NCBI GenBank assembly: GCA_000934665.2
Contig: KZ539080.1
Coordinates: forward strand, 1-34,165
From: Catajapyx aquilonaris
Lineage: Eukaryota
Direction of reading: 5' to 3'
Length of the DNA stretch: 34,165 nucleotides
The notes below the pieces were generated by a model. The model ran no database searches and was not told the DNA's origin. It saw only the letters and a list, made by a program, of their open reading frames with translations. A program made the translations under genes and the position numbers. Positions 11,077 to 22,586 of this stretch are shown piece after piece (within the stretch, counting starts at the first letter, position 1; the number at the start of each line of letters is the position of its first letter).

Positions 11077-11540
11077 CCAAAAGCTCTTTGATAGGAACAA
11101 CCTCGAGCACATCTTCGGTGCCAAATCCAACTGAGCGGACCTTCTGCAGTTCATCCATAACCTTGGGTAATGTATGGATGAAGGAATGCAGCATCAGCCC
11201 ACATCCATTTTCCAACTCCAAGAAGAACACTTCCTTAAACATGAGGGACAAGGCATATACCAGGCCAACGTCGAGCCGGGTGAGCATGGGGTACTGCCAC
11301 AAGAGGAGGGATTTACAGCGCCACATCCCTTCCACTGCTCCCAATACCTTGGAGAAGGCAACCTCTTTCCTTGTCTCCTCTGACTCAGTCAGTGCTTCCA
11401 CAATGTCTTGGGCAAAGGAAATTATATGCAGATTCCCTTCCTCCATTCTCATAAAGGAAGCAAGGGGCTTGTCACCACCAGCTGAGAGTGCCGACACCTT
11501 CTTCTTGAGAGCAGCATAAATCTTGGATGTTGGGTCACAC
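11077..11540 (-). CDS. CMTR2: CMTR2 internal exon (C-terminal degenerate methyltransferase-like domain)
   Basis: Acceptor cctgaacag|G at 11540 completes the phase-2 Arg codon. The frame continues CDPTSKIYAALKKKVSAL...YPMLTRLDVGLVYALSLMFKEV...DVLEVVPIKELL. Donor G|gtgagt at 11077 (phase 1). Confidence 0.88.
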
Positions 11541-11755
11541 CTGTTCAGGTAACATTAACAAAGTATAGTACGCAAGTTTCAAATTGATATTTTTACAAGA
11601 GACATGGCACAAATTTGCTAAATGGTACAATGCCATCCCACACTGATACCACAGCATGGAAAATGTGAACCTTGACACCAAAGAGACTCTTATTAACTCA
11701 TTGAGTCAAACAGGATGAGCTTATGAAGAAGCATAAAGGAGCAAAAATTACATAC

Positions 11756-13302
11756 CTGTCAACTTCCTCTTCTGCCCTCTCTTTGACCAAGGGGTGACCA
11801 AGAGAAGCAGCAATTTCCCTGAGCTGGCTCCAGTTGCGGATGAACTTGCCTCGACAGAACTTTGAGTTCCTGACTTCTCGAACAGGTCTCCCCATATTTA
11901 AAGAAAAAGTTATCTTCTTTCCGGCAGCAGAGAAAGCACAGTCAACAGGGACTAGCTCCTCCTTTTTCATCTCTTCTCCTATTGCCATAAGACGAGCCCA
12001 TGGCTCAGTATCCTTACTCTTCTTCTCGTTGAAACTTGAGTCCAACTCCCCACGTGGATCCATCTGCTTTGGCTCCTGTAGTATGTGAGATGACACCCAC
12101 TGGTCAGCAGGCACATTTCTTATCTTGTATCTCAACACGAACTCCTCGGCAACACGAGAACGAACAGCATTAATCTCATAAAACTCCTGCTGAGACCACC
12201 TCCGGTCCAGAGCTAAATTTTGCTGTATTACTGTGGACTGAGAAACACGCAGGGAATCCGCAATGTCATGCACCAGGTTAACAAATGAACGGGGAATGTC
12301 TCCCATATAGAACATTTGCTTTTCAGAGAGTGGTGACCCGTAATTATCCTTCATGCAATCAAGCCAAGGCTTCATCACAGCTCTTCCTTCGTAGCCCAAG
12401 CAGACAATGTAGCACTCCGAGTTTCCCTCTTTGCTGGTGGCTGGTTTAAAAATCCGGACATGTTTGAATGCATGTACCAGCATGTACAACAGGCACACTG
12501 TAGCTGATTCATAAAATGTAAAGGCTTTCAGCAGGAGGCTGCCTTGTGGCTCTAGCAAAACCATAGCTGTCAAAGCCTCACAATAGAGCAGCGGTGCCAC
12601 GTTGGTTTCTTGCTCACCAGGGTTACTCTGACAGTCCACACTTCCATCGGCTGTCACCAAGTGGACACCTCCAGCAAACCGTTCGGCTTGGAGGCACAGG
12701 CTCTGGACGTTGGTGAAGCTGGTCAAATCCCCAGTGTTGTCAGACATAAATGTCCAGTTGGGTAATGTGGCAAGCACAAACCGGTCGTCGTTGATCATCT
12801 GCCCTAAGGAATTGCCTTCATAATAAGGATTGAGCGTCGTTGCCAGCCAGTCCCACTCCACGGTTGGATGGTTTGTTTTAAGGAAGTGGTTGAGAGAGGT
12901 GATGAATGCACCTGGAGCCTCACACAAGTGTACAGAATTGAACCTTTCAGATTCAATGCACTTGCCAGGAATCAGAGGGTAACTAGCAACACACTCATAA
13001 AACTTGCACCACGCCTGCGTCACAAATTCCAACTGATACTGCTGCCTGAGCACGTATGGAACTGACCCGGATTTGTTGGTCCTCTTGGTGTGACGATGCC
13101 ACTTATCAAGCTTCTTGTTGTTCAAAAGGCTTTTGACATCATTGAGCTCTAACTTCATGCTTTGCAAGAGAGTGAACTGGTATTGCTTTGACTTGAACAA
13201 GTGTTCTGGGTTTACCAGTCTCCACGGGTGACGGTGATCTAAGCTGTATTTCTTGTTGAAGTGTTCTGCTACCAGGGATTCTACGACTGTAGGATCTCTG
13301 AC
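11756..13302 (-). CDS. CMTR2: Main exon of cap-specific mRNA 2'-O-methyltransferase 2 (CMTR2/adrift, FtsJ/RrmJ fold)
   Basis: Long ORF with TQAWCKFYE, HLCEAPGAF (SAM-binding), VTADGSVDC, LLLKAFT and KPATSKEGNSECYIVC, giving an intact K-D-K-E tetrad. Acceptor ttattgcag|GTC at 13302 (phase 0); donor AG|gtatgt at 11756 (phase 2). Confidence 0.95.
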
Positions 13303-14739
13303 CTGCAATAATAAACATAAATTAGTTGAAATCATGCTTGTCGAGGAAAATTAAATACAATATTTGGTCAGTTTTTTCTTCGTGAACCTGAAATTTTCAT
13401 TGGCCTGTAAACAAAATAATATTGACATAGGCCAGTAGGAATGACCTGCTGCATGGGTATCACTGGTTTTATACAGTATATTTCTCCCTATTCGACTAGG
13501 AACTAGATGGCAACTATAGTGAGCAGGAGTTGGCCAAAAGATACTAAAAAGTGAATGTTTAACGACGTAATCAAACCTGCAATGGAGTCATGAAACTCTA
13601 CCACACTCTCACCCTGCATTTGCAACCCCGCCCTGCGCCCTTGTCCCACCACACCTTCCATTCACCTTTTTCTCCTCTTCTCTACCACCACCCAGTTCAG
13701 GTGAGTAATTAACCTAATATTATACTGCCCACCCCAGAGTAGTCTCAAAGACTCTTTTTGATTGCGATTCTGACACGTTTCCTGCGGGGTGATCAGCATC
13801 AGTCCTCAAACCAAATCTGGTCTTCATTATCTATTAAGGTATTGACCCACATTTGTATACACATGCCTTTATATCATGCTTTCCGCAGTGGAAACCTAAC
13901 TTTTGATTCTTAATTAGGTGAATTTAAAGCCCATAAGCCTTGTTCCTGGATTTACAAAAAATGGGTCATTGCATGACAAATCTTCACACTGACTCTGCCT
14001 GATATTTTCAGATTTGGGTGAAACTGAAGAAGAAAGTGTTCATGCATAGTGATGAATGGACACCACAAGAAAAATAATTTTTATTTTGCCTTCCATTCAT
14101 AAGCCATTAAAAATTAATTATTCAAATTTTCATTTAAAAATGCTGCATTCTGAAATAGGTATCATTTTCTCAGGAACCAGACGAGATACAGACCTGAGAA
14201 ATGTCTTGTTTTAAATATCTTTTGATAAGTTTAATTTGATACATAGCATGGCATTAGTTAACATATTTTTAAAATGTATAAGGCAAATTCAATTTAATAT
14301 TAAAATTTTTTCAAAAAACGACAATATTAATTAATTGAGAAAATGCACAAAATTATTTTGTACTGGCCTGTTACCTCCTAATGCTTCATTTTGGGATAGT
14401 AATAATTGTATACGAGAGTACAGGTTTCACATAATTACATTATGTGAAAAATAGCCAACATACCAGATCTAGCTTAGCACAAAAGTCTGGGTTTAGCCTT
14501 ATTTAGCTCACTTATTACCAGTTGTTTTAAAAATCCTGATAGCTCCTAATAAACATTTAATTCTTAGAAGCCTATATGGCAACTGAAAAATTGAATTCAA
14601 TTTGCAAGGAAAAAAAACATTGATTCATCAGCTTACCCCAAAACATTTTAGCATAGTCTAGTATTTGATAATATGCTGGAGGTGGTGGCTGCCAACTCAA
14701 GGCTGTGATCTTTTGTTGAGTCCAGGAAGTGGAAAGTGA

Positions 14740-15610
14740 CCTCTGTAATGTTCCTCTTTTCACTTCCTGGTAGAGAATAAACCAGACCAGTTGGCATGTA
14801 GGGATTCAGATCAGTAGAAGGTATCCAGAGAACATCAAAATAATATAATTTTGGTGAAGGGTAAGAAAATGAAGAAGGTACTGTTGGCTGGAGAAGTGTC
14901 ACTTCTTCATTTCCATCTCAGTTTTTCCCCAAAACATAGCTCAACTATAACATCCGCCATTGTACAGGGTGACTCTAAAGTCTGGACACATAGGTAATAG
15001 AACTAACAGTATTGTATTGTTGGTGGCCAGGATACCAATTGTCAACCAACAATACAATACAATAATTACCTATGTGTCCAGATGACCTTAGGGCACCCTG
15101 TACATAGAAATGACATACCCATTCAATTCGCTAAGTTCACCATCACTCTGTGGGGCCTGACTGAATAAATGGTTCATAATGGGGCAAATTAAAATGATTT
15201 ATTATCATACACATTTGTTCCATGCCTTGAGGGAATGAAAGCGTGGAACTTTTGAGTACCGGTACCAGGAATTGCCACAATCTGACTGAACTGATGTGCC
15301 AGCTGTTGTTCATTTTCCATGTACTCTTCCTTGTGTAAAGTATGTAAAGTGCATTTTCCTGGAAAGGTCCGGCTTTCCCCACATTCATAGAGTTGAAAAG
15401 GCAGGTACCATGATCTGATTTTGGTATGGCATTTGTAGACTTGACTTTGCTGCCTCCAGTTCCCCATACCCCATCACATGGGCTTTTAATGTTAGCTTTA
15501 GCTGCAAAATGCCATTCTGCTTCACTTCCAAAATAATTTTTGTGCTTGCAAGGTTGACAAAGTTATTTGTATTTCCTATATTGGGCAGCTGAGCCATCCG
15601 AAAAAAAATT
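14740..15610 (-). pseudogene. Frameshifted transposase C-terminal half (Sola-like DDD family), left copy
   Basis: Across frames: FSDGSAAQY, AEWHF..PCDGVWGT, AAKSSLQMPYQNQI, EEY...IPGTGTQKFHAFIP, PSSFSYPS..DVLWIP..NP..PTGLVYSL. Confidence 0.75.
14965..15100. mobile_element. Tc1/mariner-like MITE inside the transposase relic (second copy at 19564-19704)
   Basis: TA|CAGGGTG...CACCCTG|TA, palindromic body. Confidence 0.85.
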
Positions 15611-17279
15611 AATTTTGAAATATTCAGTTCATAGTTAAAAGAAATGGAGATGAAAATGAAGTGAAAGAGAGTGGACACATCTTCACCCATCACAACCTTC
15701 TTCTTCTTCTCACCCTTCACAATCTGATGTGATCAGGATTCCTTCTACAGATGTATAATGAGCAGGGAATCCCTACAAGCCAACTGGTCGGGTTTATGCT
15801 CTATCAGAAGGAGAAAAGAAGGAGATTGCAGAGGTCACTGAACACTCCCACGACTTTAAAAAAATCCATAGCCTTGAGTTTGCATCACTCCAGCATATAA
15901 TAATCGAATACTAGGCAAGTTAATTTTTGGGGTAAGTTAATGAAGCAAGTGATTTTTTTCTTGCAAATTGAATTGAATTTTTTTAGTTGCCATATATTAT
16001 GAATTAAATGTTTATTAGGAGCTATCATGATTTTTAAGACTGCTGGTAATGACTCAGTTAGATTAGGCTAATAAGCCAGACTTTTGTGCTAAAGCTATAT
16101 AGATCTGGTATGTTGGCTATTTCTGCACATATTTGAAACCTGTACCCTCTGATCATATTAAAATCCCAAAATGAAACTCGGGGATGTGCAACAGGACAGT
16201 ACAAAATAATTTTGTGAATTTAAAAAAACCCTCTTTGACTATTTTCAAAATACGTACCTTTAAAATTAGACATTTTCCAGGGCTGTATCTCATCTGGTTT
16301 CCGAGAAAATGGTACTCGACTATTTCAGGAAACAGCAAATTGTAATAAAAATTTGAATCATTCATATTTAATAACTTTTGAATGGAAGACAATTTTTTCT
16401 AATGGTGTTCATTCATACCTATGCAAGGGCACTTGATACACCATCTTCATCAAAATCTGAGAGGTCCAGGCTGATTGTATTTCCAAACTGTGATGATTTG
16501 ACACAGGAATGACCCAAATGATTTTTCGCCGAGTTCTGGGTAACTCAGTATTGGTAGTAACAAAATAACTAATAAATACTGCTATTATTGCCTAATGGTT
16601 ATATCACTATTCCTGATTATTCCATACGGTACACACAAACGCAGATATAATTTATTATACACTAAAGGACCACGACGCCTCCTATGACGGAATGTTTAAG
16701 ACTGAAAGGCTCGAAACGGAAATAATTATTATAAAGCTAATTCCTTCTGAAATACGTTCTGTAGGTCTCCCTCTACTTCCCCAGAAAAATCCCAAAAAAT
16801 CCTCCATGGGGAACACTCTTAAATTTGGAATAAATGGCCGCCATGTTGGATTTTTCCAAAAAAGTGCGATAACTCAAGGGAAGTGTAAGTGTTGTCCGTG
16901 GAGTTTCTGAATGAAACTTGCCACAATAATATAGGCAGGTAAGTTATTAAAGAAAATGCAAACAATTTAGGCGGATGCCCAAAAGGTCGAAAGTTATGAC
17001 CTCTAGAACATACAAGATACAACTATACAAGTACATGTATCACCAAAGTGTTTAATTCTGCTACCATTATCTAACATTAGTACTAACATACTATACTAAT
17101 ACTAATATACTATATAATAATAATTAATTATGTAACCTGCAATTGGAAAAGGCATAATAATGTAAATATACTGACATACTGACAGTACTGTACATCTGGC
17201 CTATCACTATGCCATAACTTTGAAATGTAAACTCTGAATAATTGAAATATTTACTTAATTGAATGATGTTTCAAGACGA

Positions 17280-17461
17280 CATTGGCGAAAAAAAGTGATC
17301 TGGAAAGTTGTGATCTACAAATCATAGATCCCGTGGAAAAGATATCTAGATAGAGAAAAAGATACCCGAATTTAAAAGTATCTAGATCAGACCAAAGATC
17401 GTGGGTTTGGGGATCTAGATCGGAGATCTAGATCACTTGATCTAGATCCTACCCAACACTG
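17280..17461. mobile_element. hAT-like MITE remnant with GATCTA subrepeats
   Basis: Dense gatc/tctaga/agatct motifs ending in cccaacactg, a CAGTGTTGGG-type terminus. Confidence 0.5.
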
Positions 17462-19060
17462 ACTAAGAATGAGCTGAGTCTGACAATGGTGACATTGATG
17501 AAAATATAAAGCCACTCTCACGCCGTGGCAGTATAACTGCTGCACCATGAGTGGTTATTCAGTTGAGCAGATGCCTTACCTGGAGCCTCGCCTGGAGCTG
17601 TCTGGCCATTTTCTCGCCTGCAAAATCAACACTGCAGGATCTGCTTCCGTCCTTCTGAAGCCAAAGACAAAGCCGGGGGGGTGCTGGAGGGGATGGGGGG
17701 GGGGGCGTCCGTTGCTACGCCACGTCCGGTCACGTCACACCGACGCTGGTTGCATTCCTATCACTGTGCTCGGACAAGTCTCTTCAATATGTTGTACAAA
17801 GATAAGCCAGCAATCACTCCGTACTTAGCAATCACGTTATATGTATTATATATTGATAATAACACTGTAATATAATAATTATGGTCAATCTGTAAGAGTT
17901 GAAATTGGAAAGATTTGCCACATAAATATTCATCCTTGTGTGCTTCGAAAACATGCACACTGCAAATGCCACGTATCCTACATCTCTGCTTGCATTACCT
18001 ATTTACCTATTTACCATAATTTATGAAGAGACTTGTCCGAGCACAGTGATAGGAATGCAACCAGCGTTGGTGTGACGTAACCGGACGTGGCGTAGCAACG
18101 GACGCCGCCCCCCCCCCCCCCCACCCCGCCCCCATCCCCTCCAGCACCCCCATCCCCCCCGGCTTTGCCTTTGGCTTCGGAAGATCCTGCAGTGTCTGAT
18201 CTTGCCGGCGAAAATCGTGGGCGAAAATGGCCAGACAGCTGCAGGTAAGGCATCTGCTCAACTGAATCAAAACTGAATCAAAAGTTATTAAATATGAATG
18301 ATTCAAATTTTTATTACAATTTGCTGTTTCCTGAAATAGTCGAGTACCATTTTCTCGGAAACCAGATGAGATACAGCCATGGAAAATGTCTAATTTTAAA
18401 GGTACGTATTTTGAAAATAGTCAAAGAGGGGTTTTTTTTTTTTTAAATTCACAAAATTATTTTGTACTGTCCTGTTGCACATCCCCGAGTTTCATTTTGG
18501 GATTTTAATGTGATCATGTTTCAAATATGTGGAGAAATAGCCAACATACCAGATCTATATAGCTTTAGCACAAAAGTCTGGCTTATTAGCCTAATCTAAC
18601 TGAGTCATTACCAGCAGTCTTAAAAATCATGATAGCTCCTAATAAACATTTAATTCATAATATGTGGCAACTAAAAAAAATCAATACAATTTGCAAGAAA
18701 AAAAACCACTTGCTTCATTAACTTACCCCAAAAATTAACTTGCCTAGTATTCGATTATTATATGCTGGAGTGATGCAAACTCAAGGCTATGAATTTTTTT
18801 AAAGTCGTGGGAGTGTTCAGTGACCTCTGCAATCTCCTTCTTTTCTCCTTCTGATAGACTAAGATAGAGCATAAACCCGACCAGTTGGCTTGTAGGGATT
18901 CCCTGCTCATTATACATCAGTAGAAGGAATCCTGATCACATCAGATTGTGAAGGGTGAGAAGAAGAAGAAGGTTGTGATGGGTGAAGATGTGTCCACTCT
19001 CTTTCACTTCATTTTCTCCATTTCTTTTAACTATGAACTGAATATTTCAAAATTAATTTT

Positions 19061-19930
19061 TTTTCAGATGGCTCAGCTGCCCAATATAGGAAATACAAAG
19101 AACTTTCTGAACCTTGCAAGCACAAAAATTATTTTGGACGTGAAGCAGAATGGCATTTTGCAGCTAAAGCTCACATTAAAAGCCCATGTGATGGGGTATG
19201 GGGAACTGGAGGCAGCAAAGACAAGTCTACAAATGCCATACCAAAATCAGATCATGGTACCCGCCTTTTCAACTCTATGAATGTGGGGAAAGCCAGACCT
19301 TTCCAGGACAATGCACTTTACATACTTTACACAAGGAAGAGTACATGGAAAATGAACAACAGCTGGCACATCAGTTCTGTCAGATTGTGGTAATTCCAGG
19401 TACCGGTACTCAAAAGTTCCACGCTTTCATTCCCTCAAGGCATGGAACAAATGTGTATGATAATAAATCATTTTAATTTGCCCCATTATGAACCATTTAT
19501 CCAGTCAGGCCCACAGAGTGATGGTGAACTTAGCGAATTGAATGGGTATGTCATTTCTATGTACAGGGTGCCCTAAGGTCATCTGGACACATAGGTAATT
19601 ATTGTATTGTATTGTTGGTTGACAATATTTGGTATCCTGGCCACCAACAATACAATACTATTAGTTCTATTACCTATATGTGTCCAGACTTTAGAGTCAC
19701 CCTGTACAATGGCGGATGTTAGTACAGTAGAACTATGTTTTGGGGAAAAATTTAGATGAAAATAAAGAAGTGACATTTTTCCAGCCAACAGTACCTTCTT
19801 CTTTTTCTTACCCTTCACCAAAATTATATTATTTTGATGTGCTCTGGATACCTTCTACTGATGTGAATCCCTACATGCCAACTGGTCTGGTTTATTCTCT
19901 ACCAGGAAGGGAAAAGAGGAACATTACAGA
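19061..19930 (+). pseudogene. Frameshifted transposase C-terminal half, inverted duplicate
   Basis: From 19061 reads FSDGSAAQYRKYKELSEPCKHKNYFGREAEWHFAAKAHIKSPCDGVWGT. Later motifs are in shifted frames (ORFs 19198-19476, 19740-20027). Confidence 0.75.
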
Positions 19931-20769
19931 CGTCACTTCCCACTTCCTGGACTCAACAAAAGATCACAGCCTTGAGTTGGCAGCCACCACCTCCAGCATA
20001 TTATCAAATACTAGGGTACTATGCTAAGATTTTCTGGGGTAAGCTGATGAAACAATGTTTTTTTAAATTTTTCCTTGCAAATTGAATTCAATTTTTCAGT
20101 TGCCATATAGGCTTCTGAGAATGAAATGGTTATTAGGAGCTATCATGATTTTCAAAACTACTGGTAATAAGTCAGCTAAATAAGGGTAAACCCAGACTTT
20201 TGTGCTAAGCTAGATCTGGTATGTTGGCTATTTTTCACATAATATTTGTGAAACCTGTACTCTCGGATCCAATTATTACGATCCCAAAATGAAGCGTTAG
20301 AAGGTGCAACAGCTGTACATAATAATTTTGTGCATTTTCTCAATTTTTTAAAATTGTCGTTTTTTTGAAATTTTTTAAAATTAAATTGAATTTGCCTTAT
20401 ACATTTTAAAAATATGTTAACTAATGCCATGCTATATATCAAATTAAACTTATCAAAAGATATTTAAAACAAGACATTTCTCATTTCTGTATCTCGTCTG
20501 ATTCCTGAGAAAATGATACTTACCTATTTCAGAATGCAGCATTTTTTAATGAAAATTTGAATAATTAATTTTTAATGGCTTTTGAATGGAAGGCAAAATA
20601 AAAATTATTTTTCTTGTGGTGTCCATTCATCACTATATGCATGAACACTTTCTTGACAGATAAAGTTTCACCAAAATCTGAAAATATCAGGCAGAGTCAG
20701 TGTGAAGATTTGTTATGGAATGATCCAGGAACAATGAAGGCTTATGGGCTTTAAATTCACCTAATATAT

Positions 20770-21950
20770 TTTCTACGACTTATAGAGAACTTCGACAGGG
20801 AAGTTCGACTTATAGAAGTTTTACTAGCACTGATCGACAAAATTGCAATTATTTTGGCGCATGTACATGAATGTGCGATTTCTATAGTAGGCCTACTCTC
20901 TGTCCGGATTTCAAATCTGTTGACCATTTGACTCTATTACCTATAGTCTTTGAGTAATTGGCATTTTTACTGTAAATAAGTAGGCTACTTATTTGCATCA
21001 CTGATCAACCAAATTAAAATCTTTCCGGCACATGTACATAAATATGTGATTCTTATTGTATTCTTTATGCTGATTTCAAATGTGTTTACTGATATTTTCA
21101 ATCACCTACAGGTTTTGAGTAATTGCCATTTTTATGGTATCAAAATGCCTCGTCTCTTAATGTATGCTAGAGTCATACGCTTTGAAAAAAAATTCTGAGT
21201 AAGTAATAACTAATAGGGCTTAGTATGGGATTAATATGGATTAGTTATGATGCCCCCATTGTAGATATACCAAAATGCTCATATGGAATAATGTTTACAA
21301 AAAATACGCGTAATGTGACAATAGCAATGTACAGTAATAGAAGGGTCGCCCCGAATAATGTTGTAAGTGACATTGGTGAGATTAATAATTGGTGTTATTA
21401 ATGAATTAATAATATGAAGGGTCGCCCCGAATAATGTTGTAAGTGATTATTCTCACCAATGTCACTTACAACATTATTCGGGGCGGCCGCGGCCCTTCGT
21501 CAATTCTAGAAAACAAGGTACACGCTTGTTACAAGAAAATGGATGCTATATTAAAATTCTGACTTCATATTCATAATCAGCAGCACCTACTAATATATTA
21601 TGAGAGACACCAAAAATGGTGCCTTAAACAAAACCCAATGTTGCCCAAAAAATTAATAATAATATTGAAGTATGCAAAATAGGTCAATTCTCAGTAGAGT
21701 AAGGCCAGTTAGAAGAAAATGGATGCAGATATTGAAATTTTGACTTCATATTCGTAATCAGCGCATATTAATACATTGTAAAAAGTGAAAATGGCGCAAT
21801 TAACAAAACTACTGCTGACCATACCATACCGGTATATTAGGCATATTGAGTAATGTGCAGTGTACTTTCAGCAAAATAAGGTATGGCTGTTACAAAAATA
21901 TGGATGGTGATGGACACTTTCTGACTTCATATTCGGAATCAGCGTGTGAG
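20770..21950. repeat. Decayed DNA-transposon subterminal repeat arrays
   Basis: Two ~170-bp direct units (ctgatc.ac.aaatt...catgtacat) at 20830 and 21001. Three copies of tgacttcatattc.taatcagc near 21560, 21741 and 21922. Confidence 0.6.
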
Positions 21951-22009
21951 AATGCATTAGAAACAACTAAATAGTTCTTGTGCCAAAAACCTTGTTGACG
22001 AGTGTAACT

Positions 22010-22370
22010 TGGGAGTGGTATTGTCTAGATGCGTGTCATTGTTTAGTTTTTTTACACACTGACTTGACTTCCATGGTTTTCCAGTGCATTTCATGTATGT
22101 TTGATAACATTTTTGACGTGTAGTAGTCCTACAAAAAAGGATATGTTTCAAATAGTAATATCAAATTCACATTGATTGTTGTATTGCTGTAATGCATTTT
22201 TCATGGTAGTGTTTTCCACAAGTGATTTTGAAATTTCCCTTATTTCAAGGCGAAGTATTCCTATGAATTTTTTACAAGTGGTTTATATCCACTGATTCAT
22301 AACATACTACCGTATAAGTTATGTATACATCACGTGATGTATGATATTTAGAAGGGCATTTCTTTTAATA
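22010..22370 (+). repeat. Dispersed direct copy of 2850-3176 (downstream of the otk stop codon)
   Basis: Collinear match from tgggagtggtattgtcta to tttagaagg.catttc.ttta, with small indels. Confidence 0.9.
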
Positions 22371-22586
22371 CTAAGTAACGCAGTAACCCTGGAGTAATAA
22401 TGGCGTGTGACATCTAGCCGCTAGGAAGCGGACCCTGCAAGGGAACCTGTAGGCCTATTAAACGAAACATTTTTCAAAATCGCACCCGAGGCAGGCCGGC
22501 CGGATACAAGGTTACAACAAAGTTACAAGACGGATCTCAAACACAGACAAATCATATAGAATAATAGATTTAATACGCAAGGTTTT

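Larger units (their letters stand above)
13963..16515 (-). mobile_element. Sola-like (probably Sola2) DNA transposon deletion derivative with ~0.9-kb imperfect TIRs
   Basis: AAAT|GGGTCATT...AATGACCC|AAAT (4-bp TSD, GRG termini). Region ~13963-14920 is mirrored at ~15650-16515. Contains decayed transposase motifs. Confidence 0.75.
13913..20765. repeat. Large inverted duplication (fold-back): arms 13913-17786 and 18024-20765, spacer 17787-18023
   Basis: 13913-16381 is the reverse complement of 18278-20765, and 17557-17786 of 18024-18267. Near-identical ORF pairs appear on opposite strands in the track. Confidence 0.93.

Noticed and set aside
15385..19280. Twin 110-aa ORFs (MKGEKKKK...) as duplicated genes
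   Set aside because: They are off-frame readings of the transposon relic, duplicated by the inversion.
22370..22570. Helitron-like short element that might have transduced the otk 3'UTR copy
   Set aside because: Only the ...acagac...atagat end is suggestive, and no such element is adjacent to the donor at 3176.
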